Below are positions 1-8,053 of a stretch of 20,000 nucleotides of DNA, in pieces. The translations under genes and the position numbers were made by a program. The DNA is from an uncultured virus (IMG/VR IMGVR_UViG_2711768134_000006). Taxonomy: Duplodnaviria; Heunggongvirae; Uroviricota; Caudoviricetes. A model generated the notes under the pieces. It saw only the letters and a list, made by a program, of their open reading frames with translations, did not search any database and was not told where the DNA came from. Location of the stretch: the IMG/VR virus record IMGVR_UViG_2711768134_000006. One strand, given 5' to 3'. Each line of letters opens with the position of its first letter. Positions within the stretch are counted from its first letter, which is position 1.

Positions 1-683
1 AAGATGAAGAAATTCAAAGAAAAATAATGTTTGAATATATAGAGATTTTCTTTAAAAAAGATATTGAATATGAAATTATTTGTTTTAATAATGGAGAAGA
101 ATTAATAAATAATTATATTAAAGCAGATATAATTTTTATGGACATAGGATTTAAAGGTATGAATGGCTTAGAAGCAGCAAAAGAAATAAGAAAAATAGAT
201 AAGGATGTTGTTATAATATTTGCAACAGCTTTCGTATCGTATGCTACAGAAGGTTATGATGTTAGAGCTTTTAGCTATTTACTAAAACCTATAGCATATA
301 ATTCTTTTGAAAAAATAATGTCAAAATATTTCATTGAGAGGTCTGAAGAAAAGAAATTAATAGAATTTAAAATAAAAGATGAAACAAAAGTAATAAAATT
401 AGAAGAGATAATATGTATAGAGAGTTTAGGTAAATATATAAAGATTCATACTAAGACTGAAAGTTTTTTTACTGCAATTAAAATCAAAAGGATTGAAGAG
501 AAACTTTCTAGTAAAATATTCTTTCGATGTCATAAAAGTTTTTTAATAAATTTATTAGAAGTTAGAAATTATAACAGGAAAGAAGTTATTTTAGGTGATA
601 GAAAGATAAAAGCTACAATTTCTTATAGAAAATATAACAATTTTAAAAAGAGTCTCACTTCTTTTCTATGTGATAGATTTTGA
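1..683 (+). CDS. LytTR-family (AgrA/VirR-like) response regulator, 5' end outside window
   Basis: The frame is open from the window edge (DEEIQRKIMFEY..., the acidic pocket of a REC domain). It has the phosphoacceptor motif DIIFMDI, FATAF, YLLKP and the C-terminal LytTR signature FFRCHKSFLINL. Confidence 0.93.
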   Translation, partial: DEEIQRKIMFEYIEIFFKKDIEYEIICFNNGEELINNYIKADIIFMDIGFKGMNGLEAAKEIRKIDKDVVIIFATAFVSYATEGYDVRAFSYLLKPIAYNSFEKIMSKYFIERSEEKKLIEFKIKDETKVIKLEEIICIESLGKYIKIHTKTESFFTAIKIKRIEEKLSSKIFFRCHKSFLINLLEVRNYNRKEVILGDRKIKATISYRKYNNFKKSLTSFLCDRF

Positions 684-733
684 ATAAAATAAATTATTTA
701 TAATTATAAAATGAATAAAATTATTCTTGAAAT

Positions 734-802
734 TGCGTTTATACCGTTTTCCTATGCGTTCATTCCTTTTCACTTGATTTTCTACTGAAAAGAAATTATT
801 AT
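734..802 (+). promoter_or_regulatory. sigmaA-like promoter with upstream 21-bp-period direct repeats (candidate LytTR sites)
   Basis: TGCGTTTATACC at 734 and TGCGTTCATTCC at 755 are 21 bp apart. They are followed by TTGATT (774-779), a 17-bp spacer and TATTAT (797-802). Confidence 0.5.
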
Positions 803-918
803 ATAATTAAAAGATACGTATCCTATTTAAAAGAGAAACTTATCAAAAATAAATTATTAAAGATAAGTTTCGAGATTATTTAGTATTTTTAAGTACATTT
901 TATAGGGGGATGACGTAT

Positions 919-1278
919 ATGGAAAATTTTAAAAAAGATTTTGTGAAAAGTATGGGTATAATTAAATCATCTGAAATATTTCAAGGAAATATATTAGAGA
1001 AAAATGAGCAAAGACTTGAGATGATTGAATATACGAAGCGAGATATTAATTTACTGACTAAAATTAAACATCTTTTTGAAAATATAAATGAATGTAATTT
1101 ACAAGATGCACAATACATAATAGAAAATGAATTGTTTTATGAAAGAGTTTCAATTCATACAATAAATAAATATATAAATAAATTTGGTGATATAAATGAT
1201 TTTAAATATGCATATAGATTGAAAGCAAAAAACGGGTTTAGGAGGACTATGGATTATTTAGTTAGAAAAAAGCATTAA
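919..1278 (+). CDS. hypothetical protein (about 119 aa)
   Basis: ORF 910..1278. The GGGGGA RBS is better spaced for ATG 919. A terminator follows. No recognisable motif. Confidence 0.75.
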   Translation: MENFKKDFVKSMGIIKSSEIFQGNILEKNEQRLEMIEYTKRDINLLTKIKHLFENINECNLQDAQYIIENELFYERVSIHTINKYINKFGDINDFKYAYRLKAKNGFRRTMDYLVRKKH

Positions 1279-1302
1279 GATAATTAAATTTGTATATATT
1301 AG

Positions 1303-1331
1303 AGGCAATCTAAATTGATTGTCTTTTTTTT
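1303..1331 (+). terminator. rho-independent terminator
   Basis: AGGCAATC-TAAATT-GATTGTCT followed by a T-run. Confidence 0.75.
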
Positions 1332-1339
1332 ATTAAATA

Positions 1340-1388
1340 ATTTATGTTGCAGTTATTTAAATGATGACAGAGATATGACAAGGATAAT
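1340..1388 (+). repeat. post-terminator conserved motif, copy 1 (ATGACA-N5-ATGACA)
   Basis: ATTTATGTTGCAGTTATTTAAATGATGACAGAGATATGACAAGGATAAT. Related copies lie at 1919-1966 and 6149-6181. Confidence 0.8.
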
Positions 1389-1430
1389 TATAAGCATAAA
1401 TATTTTGTTTTACATTAAGGAGGTGTGAAT

Positions 1431-1718
1431 ATGGAGTTAATATTTAAATTTAAGGATGTTCATGAATGTGTAGATTTTACTAAGGAGTTTAATCGTATTT
1501 ATGCAAATAAAGAAAACTTCAAAAATAGATTGTTATTCAATAAAGTCAATATTCCAAAACATTTAATATATAATTATGATGATGATATTTGGACTGGAGA
1601 TATAATTAAAATGGCTAATCAGGCAAAGAAAAATGATTATAGCTTCTTTATGTTTAACAATATAATTTATTTTATAGATGATGAATGTATAAGTTATAAG
1701 ATAGGTTTTAGAGATTAA
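1431..1718 (+). CDS. hypothetical protein (about 95 aa)
   Basis: AAGGAGGT RBS upstream of ATG 1431 (the ORF track starts at GTG 1425). No recognisable motif. Confidence 0.75.
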   Translation: MELIFKFKDVHECVDFTKEFNRIYANKENFKNRLLFNKVNIPKHLIYNYDDDIWTGDIIKMANQAKKNDYSFFMFNNIIYFIDDECISYKIGFRD

Positions 1719-1754
1719 ATTGTAAAATTTATAAGACGTTTATTATTATATTAA

Positions 1755-1848
1755 TATAGATAAGGCGAGTGGCCATAGTACACCTTTAAGGTGTGGAGAT
1801 AGAATAAACCTTTTATTATTATAAGATAATAGAAGGTTTATTCTATTG
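1755..1848 (+). ncRNA. candidate small structured RNA or strong hairpin element
   Basis: A locally GC-rich segment with an ACACC-TTTAA-GGTGT hairpin, then a 21-bp stem (1799-1819/1826-1846, one G.U on the + strand). A possible promoter (TTGTAA 1720 ... TATTAT 1744) lies upstream. Confidence 0.3.
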
Positions 1849-1881
1849 TAATATAAATATCAAGATGTATTAATAAATATT

Positions 1882-1966
1882 AAAGATAATCAATTTAGAT
1901 TGTTTTTTAAATTGAATCATTTATGTTGTAGTTATTTCAATGATGACATGTGTATGACAAGTATAA
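1882..1966 (+). repeat. terminator plus post-terminator motif, copy 2
   Basis: AAAGATAATC-AATTTA-GATTGTTTTTT, then ATTTATGTTGTAGTTATTTCAATGATGACATGTGTATGACAAGTATAA. Collinear with 1300-1388. Confidence 0.8.
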
Positions 1967-2085
1967 GATACTTGGAAATATTGAAGGACATATAATACTA
2001 GATATTATTAAAAGTAATAAATAGTCGTTGCTATTGGCGACTTTGAGAAGTATAATTTTCTTTTATTAATTATGGAGGTGAAAAT

Positions 2086-2244
2086 ATGAGTCAACATAAA
2101 ATAAAACCAATTCAGGCAACACCTGAATTATCAGGTAAAGACGCTGAATTATTTATAAGGCAAGTATTCAGTAAACCAAGTCAAAAGGAAATAGAAAGAA
2201 ATGAAAGACTTTTAAACATTATAACCTCGTGTAAGACTCTTTAA
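2086..2244 (+). CDS. small hypothetical protein (52 aa), not in the ORF track
   Basis: GGAGGTG RBS 5 nt before the ATG. Translation: MSQHKIKPIQATPELSGKDAELFIRQVFSKPSQKEIERNERLLNIITSCKTL. Confidence 0.7.
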   Translation: MSQHKIKPIQATPELSGKDAELFIRQVFSKPSQKEIERNERLLNIITSCKTL

Positions 2245-2527
2245 GGCTTTGCAAAAATTATCACTTGTGTTTATGCCTTGATTACTTAGAATCGAACATA
2301 AGAGGTTAATTTTTATGACTGAAAGTATTAGAATTCCAACAAGTGTTCCTGAGAGGAACATTTTGTTTGGTGTTTAGCTACTATAAGAGCTTATTTTAAT
2401 TTTGAGTGTGATGGGATTGAGGAGCTATTACTTGAGAGTAGATGATTTACTGGAATGGTTTATCATGTGAATTAAATTCCGTAGCTTCTAACTAGCCTTA
2501 AGTTTAAGGGTTACCTATTTATAAAAA

Positions 2528-2622
2528 ATGACAGATAATGAGATTTAATATGTAGTCAAAGATGTAGTAGAAAAAATAGGATATAAAGATGTATCTGACA
2601 CCTTGAAAAACATATTGATGAA
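2528..2622 (+). pseudogene. BRO-N domain remnant
   Basis: Reads MTDNEI*YVVKDVVEKIGYKDVSDTLK, then a frameshift, then KHIDE. This matches the BRO-N core of the intact 6910 gene (ENEPYFVATDIAKALGYKDTTNAIKQH). One in-frame stop and one frameshift. Confidence 0.7.
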
Positions 2623-2637
2623 AAAGTTAAAAATATT

Positions 2638-2664
2638 AAGGCAGCTTATATAGCTGTCTTTTTT
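2638..2664 (+). terminator. rho-independent terminator
   Basis: AAGGCAGCT-TATAT-AGCTGTCTT followed by a T-run. Confidence 0.8.
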
Positions 2665-2796
2665 GTATAGAATAAAAAAGTTTATTATAACAGATAGTTA
2701 TTATTTTATTAGTGTGTTACCAAGAATAAATTCCTTTTATCTAATATTTATTACAAATAATATATATTTTTATCTAATGAATGATTTTATATTTTA

Positions 2797-2836
2797 GTGT
2801 AAATTGGTATATTTTACCATTTACACTTGATATAAT
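2797..2836 (+). promoter_or_regulatory. extended -10 promoter of the RM gene with an adjacent inverted repeat
   Basis: GTGTAAAT(T)GGTA...TACCATTTACAC (2797-2826) lies immediately before TGATATAAT (2828-2836). Confidence 0.5.
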
Positions 2837-2876
2837 AAAAAATATAAACTATTTAAATAGAATTAGGGGGAATTGT

Positions 2877-5800
2877 ATGGAAAAGTATCTTTTTAATCAA
2901 AAACTATTAAAAGAAAAATATAATATGGAAATAGACCTAGACTTATATGACTATAAACAAAGACGATTAATTTTAGAAAAATGGAGAGATATAATTGATA
3001 ATAAATCTATTGATAAATTAAATGAAATTCAACTTAAGGAAATATTTGTATCGGATATTTTAAACAAAGTTCTTAGGTATAAAAGTCTTACGGACAATAT
3101 AATGGATTATAATATAAAACCAGAAGAAAAAACTAAGATTGATGGAACAAGAGCTGATATTGTACTAGGCTATTTTTCTAATGAAGAAAGTGACTATAGA
3201 GTAGCAATAGAATTAAAAAAACCAACAACTAATTTAGATGCAAAACAACTAAGAAAAAACAATCATAATACACCAGTAGAACAAGGGTTTTCTTACTTGC
3301 CTAAATATGGAAGAAATTGCACATGGCTTATTGTCTCTAACTTCAAGGAAATTAGATTGTATAATGCTAATGATGCTACAGAGTATGAATTTTTTTCTAT
3401 TAAAGATATATATGAAAAAGATGATGTATTTAAAAAATTTTTATATCTTTTGTCATCTAAATCTTTAATGACCAAACATGGAAAATCTAGGGTTGAAGTA
3501 CTTTGGGAAGAGAATATAAAGCAAGAGGAAGCCATAGAAAAAGGTTTTTATGACCTATATAAAAATACTAGATTAAATTTATTTAATGATATACTTTTAA
3601 ATAATAAAGATATTTTGGATGTAAAAACTTGTTTAACAAAGACACAAAAAATATTAGATAGAGTTATATTTGTTTGTTTTGCAGAACATAAAGGATTAAT
3701 ACCAGAGAATATCTTTGAAACATGTATTCAAGTAGGGAAAAAAAGTGTATCTAGGTTTGGAGTCTGGGAACAAGTAAAGGGTCTGTTTGAATCTATAGAT
3801 TTAGGTAATCAGGAAAAGGGCATAAATCAATTTAATGGAGGTTTATTTGCAGAAGATTATATTTTGAATAATCTAAAGATACCAAATAAATGTTTCGAGA
3901 ATTTATACAAGTTATCTTTATATGATTTTAACAGTGATTTAAATGAAAATATATTAGGGCATATATTTGAAAAATCTATATCTGACTTAGAAGAACTAAA
4001 ACTAGAAATAAATCAAGTTAATATTAAGAAAAAAGATAGTAAGAGAAACAAAGATGGGATATTTTATACTCCCAAATACATAACGAAACATATTGTTAAT
4101 AACACCATAAGAAGATATTTAGATGAGAAGAAAAAAGAATTAGGCGAAGATAAACTTCCAGAACTAAAAGAAGAAGATTATGAAACAGTTGTGGTTGGTA
4201 GGAATATACAGCATAAGCGTGTACAAGTTGTAGAATATAAAACTGATAAAATTCAAAAATATATAAACTTTTGGAAAAATTATAGAGACGTTGTAAAAAA
4301 TATAAAAATTTTAGACCCAGCTTGTGGAAGTGGAGCTTTTTTGAATGAGGCTTTTTCTATGTTAAAAAAAGAAGCTGAATCAGTAAACGAAATACTTCGT
4401 GATTTAACCGATGGTGAGATATCATTTTTTGACTTAGATGCTAATATATTAAAAAATAATTTATATGGAGTTGATTTGAATGAAGAATCTGTGGAAATAA
4501 CTAAATTGTCTTTATGGCTTAAAACAGCTAACAAGTATAGTTTATTAACTAGCTTAGATAATAATATAAAATGTGGAAATTCTATTATTGATAACAAAGA
4601 GGTTGATTGTGCTAAAGCTTTTGATTGGAATGTTGAATTTGAAGATGTAATGATGTCAGGAGGGTTTGATATTATTATTGGAAATCCTCCATATGTTTCA
4701 ACTAAAATGATTCCAGAAAAGCACAGAGAATATTATTGGAAAAAATATAAAGATTTACTAATTAGTGAAATGGATTTATATGAATTATTTTTATATGAGT
4801 TTTGCGAAAATAAATTAAAGCAAGATGGATTTTTGGGATTTATAACACCTAATACGTATTTCACAAATAAAAGCTTTGAAAATTTAAGAAAATATTTACT
4901 TAAAAATGTATGTGTTGATACTATTTTAGACTTTCCATATAGATTTTTTCCTTTTGAGGATGTAAACAAGGAAACCGCTATAATTATAATTAATAAAAAA
5001 TTGCCGAATATTAAAAATAATATAAATCTTATAAGTATAAATAAAGAAAATATGAAAAAGATTAAGATTTTCAATAGTAATACATACAACTCTGAAAATA
5101 AAATTACTATAAAAAGTATTATAAATGATTTGGATAATAAAATTGTGATACAAAGCAACCCAATAATATTAAAAATGCTCAAATGTAAGCATAAATTAGG
5201 GGATTATTTAAATTTACATAAAGGTTGGATGAGTGTCCCTAATAAAACAATTTGTGATGGAATTATATATGATAAGAAAATATTAAGTAGTAATGATATA
5301 AAAGATAATAACCAATTAAATGGAATTTTAAATAAATGTTTGGAAGGTAAGGATATACATAGATACTATATTGATAAAGTAGATAAATTTGTAAATATTG
5401 AAAACATGGATGACAAAACTATGAGGTGGCACAAATCACCTAAGATAATAACACAAAGAATAGTTGGTCAAAATCAAAATAAGATAATTGCAACAGTAGA
5501 TATTGAAGGTACTATAATATTCCCTAGTGGAAATATCATAAATTTAATTAAAGAAGATAATTTGGAAGATATATATTTTTATATAGGAGTTATAAATTCT
5601 AGTTTAATAAATTACTTTTATAATAAATTTTATGGAGAATCAAATACCAACTTGACAGCAGATGCAGTAAAAAATATACCAATACCAAATTTAAAAAATG
5701 TTGATAAATCAATTATTATAAATAATAGTAAAATACTAATAAATAAATATGGTAAATTATACTTATACACTAATAAATTTTTGAAAAATGTATTTAAGAT

Positions 5801-6104
5801 ATTGAGCATAGATAATAATCCATCTAATAAATTATATAATTTTTATTTATTAGATTTTGATGAATTTTACAATGAACTTAGCAAAAAAAAGAAGCTTTAT
5901 TTTAAGAATATTGATGAGTTAGAGGAATATTTTAATAAGTACAAAGATGCTATTAATAGAATCATATACGATATAAATGTATGCGAAAATACAATCAATA
6001 CTTTTGTATATGATTTGTATGGTATAATTGAGCTAGAAAGTAAATCTATAGAAGATATATGTAAGACAACAAAAGACACTGTGGTTACAAGTTTAGCTTA
6101 TTAA
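2877..6104 (+). CDS. single-chain Type IIG-like restriction-modification enzyme (Eco57I/TaqI-C-type N6-adenine methyltransferase fused to a PD-(D/E)xK nuclease), about 1075 aa
   Basis: N-terminal RADIVL...IELKK nuclease motif; GIFYTP (motif X); ILDPACGSGAFL (SAM-binding motif I); IIGNPPY (motif IV); C-terminal target-recognition-like region (GVINSSLINYFY). The AGGGGG RBS supports ATG 2877 rather than 2781. Confidence 0.9.
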   Translation: MEKYLFNQKLLKEKYNMEIDLDLYDYKQRRLILEKWRDIIDNKSIDKLNEIQLKEIFVSDILNKVLRYKSLTDNIMDYNIKPEEKTKIDGTRADIVLGYFSNEESDYRVAIELKKPTTNLDAKQLRKNNHNTPVEQGFSYLPKYGRNCTWLIVSNFKEIRLYNANDATEYEFFSIKDIYEKDDVFKKFLYLLSSKSLMTKHGKSRVEVLWEENIKQEEAIEKGFYDLYKNTRLNLFNDILLNNKDILDVKTCLTKTQKILDRVIFVCFAEHKGLIPENIFETCIQVGKKSVSRFGVWEQVKGLFESIDLGNQEKGINQFNGGLFAEDYILNNLKIPNKCFENLYKLSLYDFNSDLNENILGHIFEKSISDLEELKLEINQVNIKKKDSKRNKDGIFYTPKYITKHIVNNTIRRYLDEKKKELGEDKLPELKEEDYETVVVGRNIQHKRVQVVEYKTDKIQKYINFWKNYRDVVKNIKILDPACGSGAFLNEAFSMLKKEAESVNEILRDLTDGEISFFDLDANILKNNLYGVDLNEESVEITKLSLWLKTANKYSLLTSLDNNIKCGNSIIDNKEVDCAKAFDWNVEFEDVMMSGGFDIIIGNPPYVSTKMIPEKHREYYWKKYKDLLISEMDLYELFLYEFCENKLKQDGFLGFITPNTYFTNKSFENLRKYLLKNVCVDTILDFPYRFFPFEDVNKETAIIIINKKLPNIKNNINLISINKENMKKIKIFNSNTYNSENKITIKSIINDLDNKIVIQSNPIILKMLKCKHKLGDYLNLHKGWMSVPNKTICDGIIYDKKILSSNDIKDNNQLNGILNKCLEGKDIHRYYIDKVDKFVNIENMDDKTMRWHKSPKIITQRIVGQNQNKIIATVDIEGTIIFPSGNIINLIKEDNLEDIYFYIGVINSSLINYFYNKFYGESNTNLTADAVKNIPIPNLKNVDKSIIINNSKILINKYGKLYLYTNKFLKNVFKILSIDNNPSNKLYNFYLLDFDEFYNELSKKKKLYFKNIDELEEYFNKYKDAINRIIYDINVCENTINTFVYDLYGIIELESKSIEDICKTTKDTVVTSLAY

Positions 6105-6115
6105 TGAACAATTAG

Positions 6116-6142
6116 AAGGTCTACTTAAAGTAGGCTTTTTTT
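6116..6142 (+). terminator. rho-independent terminator
   Basis: AAGGTCTACT-TAA-AGTAGGCTT followed by a T-run, just after the RM stop codon. Confidence 0.8.
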
Positions 6143-6148
6143 GTTATA

Positions 6149-6181
6149 ATTCAATGATGACAGAGGTATGACAAGTATAAT
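6149..6181 (+). repeat. post-terminator motif, copy 3
   Basis: ATTCAATGATGACAGAGGTATGACAAGTATAAT. Confidence 0.75.
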
Positions 6182-6199
6182 TTAAAAAAGAGGTGTATA

Positions 6200-6649
6200 T
6201 TAATTATCCTCTTTTAGTCGTTCATATGCATTATCTATCATTCTCTCTATAGCTTTTCTATCCATTTCATCTAGTTGCATATATTTTTTAAGAACTTCTT
6301 TGACTTCATTATTGTAATCAGTATTTTCTAAGAATTTATTCATATCTTCTAAAGATTTAATGTCTTTTTTCCCATCAAGTATATCATAGATGGAATTATC
6401 TTCACATACGATTGATGGCATACCAGGTATATTTGCACTGACTGAATAGTTGGTTTTTGTATGACCTAAAAGATAATCTGTAGTGACATTAAAGTATTCA
6501 GCTAGTTTAACTATAGACTCTGCTGGTGGAGTTCTTTGGTCGTTTTCATACATACCTATAGTGCTTTGTGATACATTTAATATTTCAGCTAATTCATGTT
6601 GCTTTAATCCAAACTTAATTCTAAGTTTTTTTAATCTTTCTCCAAACAT
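6200..6649 (-). CDS. XRE/Cro-CI-family HTH repressor
   Basis: MFGERLKKLR...LKQHELAEILNVSQSTIGMYENDQRTP...LAEYFNVTTDYLLG is a typical HTH_3 domain. GGAGGTG RBS on the minus strand (6654-6660). Confidence 0.93.
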   Translation of the reverse strand: MFGERLKKLRIKFGLKQHELAEILNVSQSTIGMYENDQRTPPAESIVKLAEYFNVTTDYLLGHTKTNYSVSANIPGMPSIVCEDNSIYDILDGKKDIKSLEDMNKFLENTDYNNEVKEVLKKYMQLDEMDRKAIERMIDNAYERLKEDN

Positions 6650-6677
6650 TTTTCACCTCCAAGATATCTTTATAATT

Positions 6678-6781
6678 ATTATACCACATAAAGTAATAAA
6701 ATATTATACTTGACATTACATTATGTGGAGTGTATTATAAAAATATAAATTACTTTAAGTGATAAAATTACTTTTAGTAAT
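6678..6781. promoter_or_regulatory. divergent promoters with four palindromic operators
   Basis: Minus strand TGGTATAAT (6686-6678). Plus strand TTGACA (6710-6715), 17 bp, TATTAT (6733-6738). 15-bp sites: ACCACataaaGTAAT (6683), ATTACattatGTGGA (6715), ATTACtttaaGTGAT (6749), ATTACttttaGTAAT (6767). Confidence 0.7.
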
Positions 6782-6782
6782 T

Positions 6783-6854
6783 AAAAAGAAGCCTTACAAA
6801 CTTTGGACGGCGAGTAAGACTTCTTAAATAGCTGATATAATTATCAACTTGAAT
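6783..6854 (-). ncRNA. predicted antisense RNA of about 70 nt in the antirepressor leader
   Basis: Minus-strand promoter TTGTAT (6889-6884), 17 bp, TATAAT (6866-6861) with an extended TG. Minus-strand terminator AGAAGUCUUAC/GUAAGGCUUCU followed by a U-run (6824-6783). Confidence 0.55.
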
Positions 6855-6909
6855 AGAATGATTATATCAGCTTCTTATAAAAAATACAACTTATAAGGAG
6901 GGATTAATT

Positions 6910-7953
6910 ATGGAGATAATTAATAGAGAAAATGAAAAAAGAATAATAAGCTTTAACAATGAATTATTTGGAGAAATAAGAACAATTAGAATTGAAAATG
7001 AACCCTATTTTGTCGCAACAGATATTGCAAAAGCTCTTGGGTATAAGGACACAACAAATGCAATTAAACAACATTGTAGGTGGGTGGTGAAACACCACAT
7101 ACCTCACCCACAAAGTAAAACTAAAACTTTGGAAGTGAATATAATACCAGAAGGTGATATGTATAGATTAATTATAAATAGCGAATTACCAAGTGCTGAA
7201 AAATTTGAGCGTTGGGTATTTGATGAAGTTCTTCCATCAATAAGAGAACATGGAGCTTATATGACTAATGAAGCATTAGAGAAGGCAATCAATGACCCAG
7301 ATTGGACTATAAAATTACTTACAGAACTAAAGAAAGAGAGAGCTACTAAAGAAAAGTTAAAAGTAGAGCAAGAGAAAAATAAACCTAAACTTGAACTAGC
7401 TAATGCTATAGAAAGTTCATCAAGCTCAATACTAATTGCTCAACTATCTAAGATATTAAATCAGAATGGAGTAGATATAGGGCAGAATAGATTGTTTGAG
7501 TGGATGAGAAATAATGAATATCTAATTAGGAAGAAAAGAGCTGACCATAATACTCCAACTCAAAAGTCAATGGATTTGAAAGTATTAGAGGTTTCTGAGA
7601 GTACTGGGATAGATAAAGATGGAAATACTGTAATAAGACAAACTCCTGTTGTAACTGGAAAAGGACAAATATATTTTGTAAATAAGATATTGAAAGAGAA
7701 TAACAAAGTACTTAAGAGATTCATGATAAATAATGATTACATAAGAGGAGTTATGGTTGAGATAGGTAAAACATATGCTATATATGACCATGAGTACTAT
7801 GGATTTATTGGTATATTAAAGAGTGTAAGAAATGAGAAAATAAGAGTAGAAAAAATAGGAGATGTTTCTAGCAGTAGGGATATTCCAATCTGTATGATAG
7901 ATTACATAGAAGAAGCTAGTAAAGAAGATATTAATAAATATTTGAGTAAATGA
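6910..7953 (+). CDS. phage antirepressor, BRO-N plus ANT/KilAC domains
   Basis: BRO-N: FNNELFGEIRT...PYFVATDIAKALGY...FERWVFDEVLPSIREHGAY. KilAC: IGQNRLFEWMR...TPTQKSM...TPVVTGKGQIYFVNK. RBS AAGGAGG. Confidence 0.93.
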   Translation: MEIINRENEKRIISFNNELFGEIRTIRIENEPYFVATDIAKALGYKDTTNAIKQHCRWVVKHHIPHPQSKTKTLEVNIIPEGDMYRLIINSELPSAEKFERWVFDEVLPSIREHGAYMTNEALEKAINDPDWTIKLLTELKKERATKEKLKVEQEKNKPKLELANAIESSSSSILIAQLSKILNQNGVDIGQNRLFEWMRNNEYLIRKKRADHNTPTQKSMDLKVLEVSESTGIDKDGNTVIRQTPVVTGKGQIYFVNKILKENNKVLKRFMINNDYIRGVMVEIGKTYAIYDHEYYGFIGILKSVRNEKIRVEKIGDVSSSRDIPICMIDYIEEASKEDINKYLSK

Positions 7954-7959
7954 TTTTGT

Positions 7960-7991
7960 GGAAATAGGAGTTTTGGCTTCTATTTCCTTTT
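7960..7991 (+). terminator. rho-independent terminator
   Basis: GGAAATAGGAG-TTTTGG-CTTCTATTTCC-TTTT, directly after the antirepressor stop codon. Confidence 0.75.
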
Positions 7992-8053
7992 GTAGTATAA
8001 ATTTTCCTTTAGAATTGATACAATTAATGTATCAGAATAAAGGAGATAATGTT

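Noticed and set aside
2781..2876. Longer N-terminus for the RM enzyme (likewise 7958-8053 for the nuclease-domain gene)
   Set aside because: These segments contain promoter, terminator and RBS signals for the downstream ATGs.
3293..6079. Minus-strand ORFs inside the RM gene
   Set aside because: Antisense shadows of an AT-rich coding strand, with no recognisable motifs.
2877..6104. BREX PglX or DISARM methyltransferase
   Set aside because: No other BREX or DISARM genes are nearby, and the N-terminal nuclease motif fits a stand-alone Type IIG enzyme.
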